From: Felis catus
Taxonomy: Eukaryota
Assembly: GCF_018350175.1 (NCBI RefSeq)
Contig: NC_058368.1
Location: forward strand, 36,024,001-36,088,000
DNA: 64,000 nucleotides
Direction: 5' to 3'
Both the position numbers and the translations under genes were made by a program. Position 1 is the stretch's first letter; each line of letters begins with the position of its first letter. The notes below the pieces were generated by a model, which saw nothing but the letters and a program-made list of their open reading frames with translations, made no database searches and was not told the origin of the DNA. Shown in pieces: positions 1-13,500 of the stretch.

Positions 1-1152
1 AAACTGGCGAGTAGTGCATTTACACTATTGCAAGTTATAATAGCACTTTGCTCTTTAAAAACATTATAGACAATATGCCAGAAAAATAGCCTTTATATGT
101 AACTGAAGCTTGAATATCGAATATTGGAAAACAAATTTTCCTGGGAAACCATACAAATGGATTATATTGGGTAATACGTTATTACTGAAGATTCCAACAT
201 TATTTACATTTTTTTCTAATATCTCATATGTCTAATATTAAACCACAGTGATCTTCTCAAAAGCTACTGAGGTAAATAAGGATATTTTCATAGTATTAGA
301 TTTAATGCTTTTGCCGTTTCCCCCCTTGATCTACTATTACTGCGTCTCTTCTTCAGTGACAGATGTCACTCTGTGAACATACTCAGAACTTGCTACCGCT
401 ACCATTTATTTTATATGCTGAACTTATGTCATCTTGTCTGTAGATCTTTTCACAGACAGTATTTTTTACAAGATTTAGAAAACATGATCTTCTTTTTAAA
501 GGCTATCTTTAGGCTTCCATATACCTGAGGACACCATGTATCATTTACAGATGAACAACATGTTCAACGTCAACACCAGCTTCACTGATACATTTCTGAA
601 CTCAAATAGTTATAAATAAGGGATAATAGTGCTAGAAATTATGGATGGGTATAATCCTTAGTATACCAACTAATGGAATAAAATATCTAAATGTTATTGC
701 AAAACAGATTAATGAAATTACAAAATAAAAACCCTGTAGTAGACTCTGAAAAGCAAAAAATATAGTAACTATATGATCTCAAAGAGGTCATCAGTAAATA
801 ATTAATGGGAAGAGAACAAAATCTAAATACATACATCATGTACAAAACCAGTTGCTTATGATTGCAGAATTAAATGTAAATATTAACAAAAACAAATGCT
901 AAAATAAATTTAACATGACAATTTAGCTCCTTTATGGTAAGAGAACATCTTAATCATATAAGTTGTTGGAAAATATGTGAAAAGAGTGATCTCTGACAAC
1001 ATAAAAGGAAAACAAGTCAAAGCACCGTAAACAATTAAAAAATAAGGAAGCTGAGGGGATAAAACTGCCTCAAAAAGCAAAGCATTTTTTTTCTTCATTT
1101 AGAATACCCTGAGGTCTAAAAAGGAAAATGAGCAAAATGTATGTAACCTTAT

Positions 1153-1287
1153 GGGCACCTGGGTGGCTCAGTTTAAACATCTGAGTCTTGATCTTTGCTG
1201 AGGTCATGATCTCAAGGTTCATGAGATGTCTCTGACCCTCCCCGCTCATGCTATCTGTCTCTCTCAAAAAATATAATCTTAAAAAAA
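1153..1287 (+). mobile_element. CAN-SINE with internal deletion
   Basis: GGGCACCTGGGTGGCTCAG head, CT-rich segment, A tail. Imperfect TSD atgtaacctta/atgtaacttta. Confidence 0.85.
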
Positions 1288-1719
1288 ATGTAACTTTAAT
1301 TAAAAGAATAAGAGAAAAAAACAAAACTAATAATATGTAATAATGTGTTAAGCCTTAGGAGTAAGCAAACTGAGAAGGCAAAGTGTTAAAATACACCTGA
1401 ATTGCAAATTCTGTAGGATTAGTAAGATTAATCAGAATCTTTGAAATTATTAATTCCCTTTGAGAAGCAATAAATTCTACTCAAGAAACCTAGTCTATGG
1501 ATACAACAAGAAGATATAGAAAAGATTATAACATTTAATACAAAGATCAAAGGATAAAATTACTCTGAGGCATAACACAGTCATGGAGAGAAAGAAAAAT
1601 TATACTTTTACATATTTCAGCCACTAAGACAGAGTGGAGAGATGCCTTGGAATTATCTACTTCCTCCTCCCAAAAAAGGATATTTTGGATCTCAACCAAG
1701 AAATATCCTTAGCATAGCA

Positions 1720-1805
1720 TTAGGTATAGTGCTGTCCAATCATTATGCTGTACAACTGGAACTAATGTAACATTGTGTGTCAGCTATAACTCAAGAATAA
1801 AAAAG
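1720..1805 (+). mobile_element. L1 3'-end fragment (L1MA/L1_Carn-like)
   Basis: tcattatgctgtacaactggaactaatgtaacattgtgtgtcagctataactcaa followed by an A tail resembles the L1MA-type terminus. Confidence 0.6.
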
Positions 1806-2039
1806 AAACCCTTGAAATATCTAAAAAATATACATAAGTGTGTGCATGTATTTAAATCTTAAATCCATTTCTGAGCTATCCTTAAAGGAAGGAAAACAGA
1901 TATCCTGGGAGAAAAAAATATTCAAGGAAAGATTGAAATAATGGCCAAGGGAAAAAGAAAAAGATTACTAAAAAGAAACAAGATTTGGAGGATTTTTTAC
2001 TTTTTGAAAGTAAAAAATATATATACACACATACACTAA

Positions 2040-3125
2040 TGACATCGAAAACTCAATGTATGGATTAGATATAATATAAAGAGAAAATTGAGCACATGAA
2101 AGACCACAGGCAAAAAAGCAATCCAAAACACAAATTTAAAGAGATGGAAAAATAGTTGGTTAAGAGATACAGAAGATAAGTAAAGATACTTTAAAAATGT
2201 CTACTTGGATTTACAAAGGGAAATCACAAAAAAGAACAGAGTTGAAAGAAATCTTATTTGAAGAGAAAATGTCAGAATATTCCAGAATTATAAAGAGACA
2301 CAAATCATCAACAACACGAAGGCCCAACAAATCCCAAATATGATGTATTTTTTTTAAGCCACTCTAGAACCTTGCAAAACACGAGGCATTGGTAAGGTTA
2401 GGAAGTAGGAACATTCAGGCGCTGATGGTGGAAGAATAAATTGGTACAAACACTGCCCAGATATCTACTTAGAGGCGGAGTCACCTAACTTTTTCTGCTG
2501 AGACTCACATAGCCATTATTTTAGGTTTTCTAAGCTATTCAGGCTCTGTCACAACTACTCAACTGTGCTATTGGAGCACAGAAGCACCTACAGACATTAT
2601 GTAAACAAATGTCCTGGCTAAGCTCTGCTAGACTGTGTCTTAACAAACAGACAATGGGCAAGATTTAGCCTGAAGGCCATAGTTTGCCACACCTTGCCTT
2701 AGTACCACCAAAAATGAGAAACAACACAGAAGTCAATCAAGGGTTAAATGAATAAAGTGTAACAGTCAAAGAATGTGTTAAAAATGGCAATAAAAATGAA
2801 TATACTACAGCCAGATGCATTAATATGATATGATGTTGTTTATATAAAAGTCAGTCAGTTAAAAACTAAAACAGCTTATTTAGGAATATGCACATGGTTG
2901 GTAAAACTATAAATAAAAGGAAGGAAATATTTAAACCAAGATTTAAGAGAATGGTAACTTCTCATAGGAAGGGATATAAAATTGGAAAAGGTCATATGTA
3001 AGTCTTTAAAGTATGAGTCATGTTCTATTTCTTTAGCTGTAGGTGTTTGATTTATATCATTAAACGTAACATGCATTTTCTATATTCTCTGATAATAGGT
3101 CATAACAAAAACAATTAAAATAATT
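2040..3125 (+). mobile_element. Degraded old L1 (L1M/L1ME-type ORF1 and 3' fragments), interrupted by MER58A
   Basis: A-rich, with L1-like motifs (attccagaattataaagagacacaaatc; ggcgctgatggtggaagaataaattggtacaa). No intact ORF. Confidence 0.5.
2476..2696. mobile_element. MER58A-like hAT-Charlie non-autonomous DNA transposon
   Basis: ctctgtcacaactactcaact...ggccatagtttgcc matches the recalled MER58A consensus. About 220 bp. Confidence 0.8.
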
Positions 3126-3175
3126 TTAAACGAATAATATGGAAACAAAATGCATGGGGAAAAAGGGTGGCATAC

Positions 3176-3735
3176 TGTGTGGTAACAGATTAAGCTTAAT
3201 CAAGTGAGGTCTGGCTCCTGGGAGCTACTCTCAAAAGCCCTGGGAATGTCCTGCCTGATAAGAGTTTCTATGTTTACTGGGGACACTGGGTGACACTAGA
3301 CAGTCTATGCTAATCATCTGAGTTATGGTGGGGATTTTGGGTCACACAGTATTAACCTGTCCTCCCGAGGGTCTGAAAACTAAGGTCAGTCACGCAGTTT
3401 TGGGTCAGGTTCACCCAAAACCAAGAACCAGTAAAAACATTGACACCAAGGCTTAAGTGAGCCTCCCTGGTTGGCAATAACCTGTGACTATTATTACACA
3501 TCATTGCTGGGAGAAGCTAGAGATGTCCATGGGTGAAAATTTCGTGCTCCAAACTCTCCTGGACACCTCCCCATGTGCCTCTTTCCTTGGCTGATTTTAA
3601 TCTGTACTGTTTAATCATAAATCAAAGAGTTTTCAGTCATTTCTGTGAGTCCTTCCAATAAACCATCATACTTAAGATTGGTCTTGGGGACCCCCAAACT
3701 TAACTGGTGTCAGAAGTGAAGGTGGTCGTGGAGAT
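3176..3735 (+). mobile_element. MER21-like solo LTR (ERVL class)
   Basis: Motifs tcctgggag...ctgataagag, cttccttggctgattttaatctgta, ctgtgagtccttc and ggtcttggggaccccc are typical of MER21. Confidence 0.75.
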
Positions 3736-4940
3736 AAAAAAAACAACAAAACTGCAGATGAAAACCTACTATGATCTCACTTGCACATTTATGTAAGTAC
3801 AACAATAACAGAAGTAAATATAAATAACACAACATGCATAACTAATATAGTAACAACTATGTAAAAAGATAAAAATGTTAACAGAAGGGTTTACTGTGTG
3901 AATGGACATCATTTATTCCTTTACTTTCATCTATATTTGTAATTCATTCTCTGCCTTCCAGTATTAATATTCTACAGGTAAAATAACATGCACATTAAAC
4001 ACCTATATCTATAAAGACTGAACAATTTTTTTTATAGTTTATGAATAAGATTTCTGGCAAACATTTGCTCTAAGGGGGAAAAAAATGACAGAAAAGTTGA
4101 AAATGGCCTAATGCATAACACACAACTCAGAAGACAAGCATAGATCCTTAAAAAACAAATCAGAAGTTACTGAGGATAGGAGATACTCATTTAAAGCCTC
4201 CAAAAGACCCGTTAAAGTGAATATTTTTACTAACACGCATCTTATCCTTCAAAATGTGACTATATAGGTCCCACTGGAAGCTTTGAGTTCAGTGAAGAAA
4301 TGTAAAGTGTGCAGATTTTGGAACCAGTCACACATGTTTTCTTCAAGGGAACTTATAAATATTTAAATCTTTACATTAATTCATAGATTCCAGGGTTCCT
4401 CCCTTTAGAGCTCTAATATTCCAAAAATCTGGTAAAGCATATGAACCTTGTAAAACTCCTGAGGGCTCTCTTGATCCTCGAGTGCCTGGAATTCTTTTGT
4501 GCTCAGTGCAGGGTCTCTGCCAAAACCTTTATGAACTCAAACATAGGGAACCTAACACACTTTTGAATAAATAGGTAAATAAGAGAGTAGATTTTACATC
4601 CTTTCCTCAAAATTCTATCAAATATTTCAGTTAAGAGAAATCTAAGAGAATGTATTGCAGATTTCTAAGTGGCAAGACTCTGTCATGTCCTATCACAAGA
4701 CTCTTCCCACAACTCAGTATCTCAAAAGACTGAATTTCAAAGACAAAAAACAGCTGTGAATCAGATTATAATTATGGTCAAGATTATAGGTTGCTAAAGC
4801 TTCTTAAAGCTTAAATCATAACACTTGCTACAATCAGAGAGGGCAAGAATAATCCAGGAATGGATTACATCATAATATGAATGGCATAAATTCTGGACTT
4901 TTCAATATTATACTTTAAAATGTGTTTAATAATTAAAAGA

Positions 4941-4984
<44 letters not shown>
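4941..4984. repeat. (TA)n microsatellite
   Basis: About 22 AT units with one interruption. Confidence 0.95.
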
Positions 4985-5367
4985 TTTTTTTCCATATATT
5001 CAGCTAAAGCAAAAAAGACAATATCCTTCTCCATGAAAATGTGATTCTGTTATCTCTAAACAGGAATAGTGTATGCTATACCTATTATTTTCAAAACAGG
5101 CAACCTTATTCAAGTCACTGAACGGTTATACCCATCTGCAACATCAATGCTACTACCTATGTGATAGGGTTGTAGTTAAGATTAAAGGGCCAAATTTAGA
5201 ACACAGAAAGGTAATCAGTAATTATTGACCAATGCAATTAAATGTGAAATCCCATTTAGCACATGTTCTGTCATATATAAATAATACTAAAGTCAATTAT
5301 TCAACTTTGAGATAGATATTTAAGCTAACTTATTATGACTGACTTATCTAAAAAGAATTCTATGTAA

Positions 5368-5569
5368 GGGGCGCCTGGATGGCACAGTCGGTTAAGTGTC
5401 CAACTTGATTACAGCTCAGGTCACGACCTCACAGTTCCTAAGGTCAATCACCGCATCTGGCTCCACACTGTGCGGAGCCTGCTTGGGATTCGCTCGTTCC
5501 CCCTCTCTCTCTGACCCTCCTCTGCTCACTCCCTCTCTCTCTTTCCCTTAAAATTAAAAAAAAAAAAAA
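5368..5569 (+). mobile_element. CAN-SINE
   Basis: GGGGCGCCTGGATGGCACAGTCGGTTAAG head, (CT)n, poly-A. Confidence 0.93.
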
Positions 5570-5789
5570 GAAAATCCATTTGAATTGGTACTGCTCCAGG
5601 ACCCCTAACAAGGCTGTTTTAGAGTCTAGACTAGGAATTTGTAATGTGGGTCATAGACACTTTTCAAGAAAATCTATGTTTTTCACATCACAGAGAATAT
5701 AATTTTTTTGTCATTATCTAAGTTAATAATGCTTTGAAGCCAGACAATGTTCCTTTAAGGGGGAAAATTCCCTGAAATGCCTGTATCAT

Positions 5790-6142
5790 GTAACAGTCCC
5801 CCAAATCTCAGTAGTCTAATCATGCACACACATACACATACATGTAAATTATCTCTAATTCAGACTACATGTCCATGACACATCAGAAAGACAGAGCCCT
5901 GATACCTGTGATCTTCTCATCAGGGTAATAGACACCATTTTGACTGCCATACTGGGTGCACGGGAAAGGGCACTGGAGTTTCTCACACCACCAATAAATG
6001 CTCCCACACAAAAGCTATCTCATCTCCGTTTATACTATCATTGGCCCAAGCAAGTCACATGATGACATCTAACTTCAAAGGTATCAACTTGTGCCCCAGA
6101 AACAGAGAGCAATATCTTGGCCAATAGCATTAACGTCTACAC
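5790..6142 (-). mobile_element. Old MLT1 (MaLR) LTR fragment
   Basis: ccccaaatctcagt...cattggcccaagcaagtcacatg...aacttcaaagg motifs of MLT1J/K/L in reverse orientation. Confidence 0.6.
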
Positions 6143-7108
6143 ACTATCCATGTGGATCTTGGCATACCTACACTGCAGAAAAGGGGTGGCCCTCTGTGAG
6201 AATAAGCAGGAAAGAAAGGAGATCGCAAAACTTTCACAAAAGGAATGTCAACTCTGTCTTTCACGCTTACTGCCTCTAACATAATTCCCTCTTTAATCAA
6301 TAGCATGGATCTTTATCCTCTCACCAAAGAATTTTTGTTCCAATACTTGCTAAAAGCTCTCTTGAGGCATGTAATAATTGAAAGGAAGACTAAAAGCCAT
6401 GTTAACTTTTCATGCCTCTAGATTCTCCACATTGCATCCCTCTCATAACATCAGAAAATAACATACATATCCTATTATCTCAGTTCCAAGCAAACTATCT
6501 TTGATGCATTTAAGTTGCAGTTAGAAATGAGTTAGAAGCAAAACTCTTTGCCCTCTTCTCCCATAGTAATTCAGTCAGAAAGACAATTCAATGCTAAGTA
6601 TTTAGCTCCTGTAACAGTAATTAAATCTAAAATATTTCCAGTCATTACTTTTGAGGAAAGGCTTTGAACTGCTCAGATGGGATAATGGAATTCATTTTTC
6701 TCATCATCCTAATTTCCATTAATATTCCAACCTCTTTTGTGTGTGATCAAGTATCAAAAATAATAGAGATTCAGAGGTATAAAAGAAATAATCCACTACT
6801 ATTTTTTAAAATATGATGTTGTCACCCAAATTCCTTGTTATTTATATGCTTAGACAAAGGATAGCCTTTTTTTTTCAGCTATATAACATACTTTCATTCT
6901 AAATCCTTTCCTTAGCTTTTTTCCTAAAGTACATTATAATTTGAAAAATTTAACCCATCATTTGCTTAAATGAATTATCTTTGAAGTTATTATGCAAATA
7001 ATAAAATATTAAAATAACATAAAATGAAAAACAAGTCATAAAGAAATAATTTAAAGGAACCACCTCCAGTGTTTTGCTAATGTAATAGTATTGAAGTTTG
7101 ATACGTAC

Positions 7109-7204
7109 AAAGGTTCTGGGCAATTTTAGAATCTAAAAATTTAAGCTGTTTAATTTTTTTCTTAATAGCTTTCTTCTCTTCCAAATCTTCCTCTTCTCTT
7201 CTCT
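7109..7204 (-). CDS. DIAPH3: DIAPH3 coding exon (~exon 18), 96 nt, FH2: (E)RREEEDLEEKKAIKKKIKQLKFLDSKIAQNL(S)
   Basis: TTTTACAG acceptor (AG at 7205-7206), GTACGT donor at 7103-7108. Contains the FH2 LD.K.AQNLS motif. Phase 1-1. Confidence 0.95.
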
Positions 7205-8734
7205 CTGTAAAAGCAAGGATAGATCCATGTCAGTAAGGCATTCAGCAGCAAAAGGACAGTTTGTGAACTATTATCAAAGAATACAAAAAAGATACAAATC
7301 TTTTAAAGAACATGGATATAAAAATAATAGACATCCCAAGGCCTGTTTCAGATAGGCACTGGTGGTTCTTCTGCTAGAAAAACTAAGAGTAAATACGTGA
7401 AGGTCTAACAGAAAAACTAAAAATAAAACTGATTGCATTATTTTAACCAATACCATTGGGCATAACAATGAGAACACTTAGCTCATATGAACAGTATACA
7501 GGACACAATTACAGAAATAAACAGACTTACACTTAGGGTAAGTTAAGAAGTTAGTTCAAAGAGTGCTAAGCAAACACACACAGCTATTTTATGTCTGATA
7601 TACCATGCTTATTTAAAAATATAGCTCATACTAAACCAGAAGAGTAGATGGTTTATTATTTGTTTTCCATATCTATAAAAACAGTCAAAATTTGATACTT
7701 AGCTTACATTATCTGAGTGTTTTAAAATCAATAAATGCATCTAGCCTCCCTCTCCTTAGTAAAAGAATAACAGAATACGCATCATGCTAAACACGAATCT
7801 ATGACCTGTCCTCACAGCAAGGTATAGGATAGTCAAAATTAAGATCTGTAACATCCTATCATCTTCCTTCTCCTTTGTGTTCATGGATAGCTCTTCCGGT
7901 CAAGGCCAATCATACAAAATTAGGATCTTGATAACAAAGAATAATGGAGCAGTGTTTGTTAGATATGTACAAATAAATCACTAATACTGGGGAAATAGCT
8001 TCTAAAAGAATCTTCAAACATATAAGAGGGCACATTATGTTATTTTTCTATCAAAAAAGCCTATTATATGTTTTGTTACATAGTTTGAGGGATCAAATTT
8101 TATATTTTTTCTAAATATTAATTATCTCTATCATTTTATTAATAATCATGTTTTTCAACCAATTTTATATTACACTTTTATCCCACATTTGTTTTTCTGG
8201 GTTTCTCATTCTGTTCCACTGCTCTAAGTACTACTCCTGGTCAACTATCATTGTGTCTTAAGCACTGCATGGTATATCTTTTTTAATTGAATGTTCAAAT
8301 CATTTTTCCCTTTCTACATTTTCTTTCCTTTTCTCCTTCATTTATTTTTCTACATGAACTTTAGAGTAATTCAAAAGTTCCAAAAATAAAAGTCATTTGA
8401 ATTGCATTTGACTTGCAAGGCATTTATAAATAGATTCAAGGAGATTTGATATGTTGACAATTTTTCAAAATTCCTAGTCATCAACATGACATGTGTTTAT
8501 AATTATTCAACTTACCACAGTGATCTTCCTAGGCAACCTATATACTCACTGTTACTATTAGGTGTCCTAAGTAAATCCAAATTATACTCTTAAGTATGGG
8601 GATGGGAAGTGGAGGGAGTGGTTAATTCTACCTTTCCCCACTATAGTTTGTAACTAGTTATGGCTGGTATATAAAAACTACTAAATTTTGCATACATGCT
8701 TATCATCAGTAACTTCGCTTACACTTTCATTCAA

Positions 8735-10500
8735 ATGAATATTAAGCACCAATTAATAAGGGTTGTGCTAGGCAATACAGATACACTGTTAGACAAAATA
8801 GAGACATCCTGACCTCACAGAATAGGGGGGAAAAAAAAGAGTTACAGAGAGGAGGGAGGCAAACCATAAGAGACTCTTAAGGACCTGGAATAGACTAAGG
8901 GTTGATGGGGGGAGGGGGGGGAAAGTAGGTGATGGGAATGGAGGCGGGCCCTTTTTGGGATGAGCACTGGGTGTTGTATAGAAACCAATTTGACAATAAA
9001 TTATATTTAAAAAAATAAAGACCAACAGCAGTAAATTCAAAGCAAATGCCAATTACAATGCATGGATATATATGTAACATTTTATTAGAAACCAAAGCTA
9101 AATAAAGAAGAATCCCATAACCCATACTTATCAGGGACAGTCTTCATGTAATAAATATCTAATCAAAAGCTTGAAAGAGAAAAGGAGTTAGGTAGGAGAG
9201 AAGATTTTGGGGTGGGAGGAGGAAGGATCAGATAAGGGAAGGATAGTATTTGGAGATCTAAAGGTGCAAGAACTTGAAGGGTACAGAAAGAAGAGAGAAT
9301 AATAAGAACAGAGAATATTGAGTAGAAGTAAATGACACCAGAAAGTAGCAGGGACCACATCACGCAAAACCTTTTAAGCCAGGTTAAGACGTCTGGATTT
9401 TATCCTCCAGACAATGAGGAGCCACTGAGATTTAAGTGTGTGACAGGTATCAAAATAACTGCATTTTAGAAAAAAACTCAGGCTATGGAAAGAGTGGAAA
9501 AGTACGAGGGTAGGAGGTCAAGACAGAGGGAGTTACAGAAATCCAAAGGAGAAAAAATGGTGCCCTCACTTGAAGCAGCAGAAACTGGGATGGACAGAAG
9601 GGATGATTTCCAAAAGGAGAATCCAGCCCACATCTGTCTCCTGAATTCCAGAGTGAATACCCAGGGGTCTACTTCCAACATCTCTACTTGGATGTCTAAG
9701 GGGCACCTTGAACATCACATGTACACACACACCCTCCACACCTTCTCTTCTCATCTCAAAAAAATGGGAATGCTCTTGTTGCAACTGCTGAACTCAAAAA
9801 GCTTGAAGTCATCCTGTTTTCTGCTACTTCCCAGTTGACTCTAACTCAAAAATGTTCCTTGAGATAAGCACTCCTTACCATCTCCCCAGCTACTGCTTTT
9901 CCTACCATCCTTTCTCACCTGGTTCATAACTGCCTTCAACTCATCGCCCACCTCCTGGTTTGACTGACTGCAATCTCTTCACCACAAGGCAGCAAAAGAA
10001 TCCTGCTTTCCCTTACTGCCTTATATGGAATAGCAACTCCCACCCAGTATTCCCAATCACCATTATGATACCTATTTTTCTCCTCCAAAGCACTTACTCT
10101 TGGCATACTATCAATTTACCACTTGTCTTTCTTCCCCTCATTCCAAAAAAAAAGATGTTTTAAAATGTAGCAACTTTGTTCATCATTATATCCTTAGCAC
10201 CAAGAGTATGGTCTGAAACATACATAGCAGGTATTCAGTAAATATCTGTGGGATGTAGGTTTGTATGTGTGAACCTGCACACAAAAGGGAAAAAAAGAAG
10301 GGCACTCGGGACAACCAGGCAGATGATAATGGTGTTTATTTCATTCATCAAGAAATGAAAAACATGTTTAAATACTCAAGTTTTAAACACATTGTGCTTG
10401 AGATGCTCTTGTACATCCACACAGTCATGTCCAAGAGGAGGCTGTATGTACAGATGTGGAAAAGAGAAACCTGGAATGGAGATACAGGGCACAGTCCTAC
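8735..10500. mobile_element. Cluster of L2 fragments in alternating orientation (about 8735-9615 minus, 9620-10255 plus, 10290-10500 minus)
   Basis: L2 motifs ggattttatcct...gaggagccactg, catctctacttggatgtcta and aggtattcagtaaatatctgt. Confidence 0.6.
8826..9019 (+). mobile_element. 5'-truncated feline/carnivore L1 3' end, nested in an L2 fragment
   Basis: gaggcaaaccataagagactctt...gatgagcactgggtgttgtatagaaaccaatttgacaataaa plus an A tail matches the cat L1 3' UTR. Confidence 0.85.
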
Positions 10501-13500
10501 CAGTTAGTCCACTCGCTGTCATAGATTTTTCCAGTTACCACCAAAAATGACACATTTGTCACCTTACTCCTAGTAGTTAACAAAATGAGACAAAAGGTTT
10601 ACAATTTTCAGATGAAGGCTAATAAAAATTATGTTAGTAGACTTCCTTTCCATAACCCGACCAAATGGCAATCCTCTACTTTTTAGAAAATGTACATTTT
10701 TTTTTTATCTTCATCAGGGAAAAAAAAAAAAAAATCCGCATTTTTTTTTAATCAGTTCATTTCTCAACACCAATTTCCTTTGACATTCTGAAAAATTTTC
10801 TAGCCTATTTAAAGAAAAAAAGTTAAAGAAACTAATAATTTTAAGCATGTTCTGACCATCTACTAGGCATTGCCCTGAACACTTTCTGTTACACTCCCTC
10901 ACATAATTCTCATCAGTACTCATACTACAGCTATCACCATAATCACAGTGAGAAAAAGAATGCTTAGGGCAAGTAACTTCAAGCAGCAGATCTGAAGACA
11001 GTGATCACAAGACTTCCTCTCCAATATTCCTTCCTCTAGTTTCAAAATATGTTAGGTGTCACATTAAAATAACAAAGTGGGGGAGGGGGAGATAACCAAG
11101 TAAGCTTGACCACTTCAACCTCCAAATCAGAGGCTGAAATAATTTTAACTAATTCTGCCTTTCCATAAAAATGACAAATTAGACTCTTACTGAGTTTAAC
11201 GTATCAGCATTCCCATAATGCAATGAAATTATGGTTTTCTCCTCTCTTCTCTACTACTATATAGCCAAAGGACGATTGGGAAAAGATGCAACTGAAATAG
11301 TAAGCAGAATACCGACCAAAGGATATGAAGCAGTAAAGCTTTCTGAAAAGAACAAAAGGATTAAAAAAACAACAGTAGAAATCAGATAATCACTCCATGA
11401 GCCAAATAGATTGATTTGGATAAAATCTTAACCATGAAAAAAAAAAGTTTTTAGGTAAGGTTGAACAAATACAATGAAGCCAGCTAATAGACTGCCTCAA
11501 ATCAGTGTGATAGCAGTGAAGATGCTTATACAAAGGTCCTGATGAAGCAATATCTAAATGTTGGCAACAATGATAAAGATGCATTCAAGAGGAATAAGAA
11601 CAAAGGACGATGTCTAGTGGAAATGAAATTCATACACAAGGTCCTATTTCATTTACCTCTGCTCACGTCATTTCTGTGAGACACAAGCCACGACACAGTG
11701 CAGAGACTCACAGGGGGAACTTGGGCTTGGCATCTGCCACCAGGTCCTGCATCCCCAGCTCCCACCACCGAACCTCAGCGTGGCTTACATCCCTCATCTA
11801 AGACCTGGGGACACACTGGACCTCTAAGACGGGCCGTGAGAAGGCAATAGGATGATAATCACCTCTCTCAGCCTCCGCAGTGACAAGGAGGTAAGGGACA
11901 AGAATCAGAGTGCCTAACCACAGCTCACGAGCCAATAGGAGAACACTTTTTGGGCTCCTCCCATCCACTGATAGAGCTCCTCTTCTAAGGCTATTCTAAA
12001 AAACACTTTCACTAAAACACTAGATTTTCTCAAGTGTAAGACAAAACTCTGAAACATGAAGTCCAACTATTAGGGCCATCTGTACTTGTGATCTAGCTTT
12101 TTTGCCATTAGAGGTCTGTGTTTAATATTATTTCCTAGAGAGGTTGTGCAAGGCGGCATTTTTCCAACAGAAGATTAATACTGTTCAAAAATGGTTCTGA
12201 TCACTAACACAGCATATGCCGCATTTTATGAGTGTTTTATGTCAGAATGAAGTCAAAGATGACAAAACTTTCTATGTTGCCAAGAGCCATGAACTGAAAA
12301 AGTGTTTTTTAATTACATTTTTCTCTTTATTCTTTTTCTATTTTCAAAGTTTCAAAAATAGCAAAATTTTATAAAGAAATTTTTCAGGATCTTTGCTTTC
12401 ATGCTAAATTTTCCATTAAAAATCCTAATTCCATGGTACATGGTTATACAGTTTATTCCAGTTCATTTTGCATTATGTTCTAATCAGATTGATTAAAATG
12501 GGATCTTTTTTCAGGAATGAGATTCACATATTCTCTCATACATTGTTTTCTCACTGCAAAAAATTCTAGAATATTCAGTTATCGGTATGTAAGCAGCTAG
12601 TCTCCACTAAAGTAATACCACACAAAAGGCAACACCACAGGCTTCTCGTTCCATAATGGAGTATTCTAAGTCAATGAATGCTACTAGTAATTGTTTATTC
12701 TTTTTTTATTGGTGCTTCCTGGAATGTATCTCATGTCACTATGTTTGTAAAATACTACACGTTTCAATTTTTTCCTGTTATTCATTTAGCACAAATGCTA
12801 GTAAATTGTACACGTTAGATGTTCACAGTAAATTACCTTTGTTCATTAGATTACACTAGCCTTGAGAGGATAAAAGGACATGTACCAGATTAAATATGCA
12901 TTCTTTGTGACATTCAGAGAAGCCAATAAAATCAAGTCAACTATAGAAAAAAAAAGCACGCATATATCATGTATTTAGGAAATGACAACTGAGGCCTAGC
13001 AAAGTCTGAATTCATATAGGGTAAAAGGTGGGGGCCAGAAGACATCTATAAAGTCAAGATTATTTGCATTAATTGCAATTGTTTTTCTTCTTACTTTCTA
13101 ACTGCCAAGGTTCTAATGGGCTAATAAAAAGTATCAAGATTTTATAAGGTCCAGATTTTGGAAGAACAGTCCTTGAATATGAAGTTTAACTACCTCATTC
13201 TACTAATGAGGAAATCTGAGCACAGAGTTTATGAGTTACCTGCCCATGGTTACACAAAGGGCTAGGTGGTGGCCAGCTCTCGGACAATGGCAGTGACCAC
13301 CACACCACAGGCTAAGAGCAGCCTCCGAGGCAGGGAATCCCCATGAGGAAAGTAGTCTACAACCCAGCACGTAAGAGAAAGATAACTCCCTAAGGTTTTC
13401 ATTGACACTGGATAGAATTTTTCCTCACTGTCCATGTTCACTGGGAGAGAAAGTGGGAAGGTGAATGGACCTGGGGAGCAAAGAGAAATGCTTGGTTTCC

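Noticed and set aside
1674..1683. Extra minus-strand ATATCCTT(TT) U12-like donors (also 278-285)
   Set aside because: No DIAPH3-like exon lies upstream of either, so they are probably chance matches.
5368..5460. tRNA gene
   Set aside because: The A/B-box-like motifs are the tRNA-derived head of a SINE, not a cloverleaf tRNA.
1..7108. Next DIAPH3 exon (SIFLSSFRVP...)
   Set aside because: Not found by inspection. It presumably lies beyond the window start.
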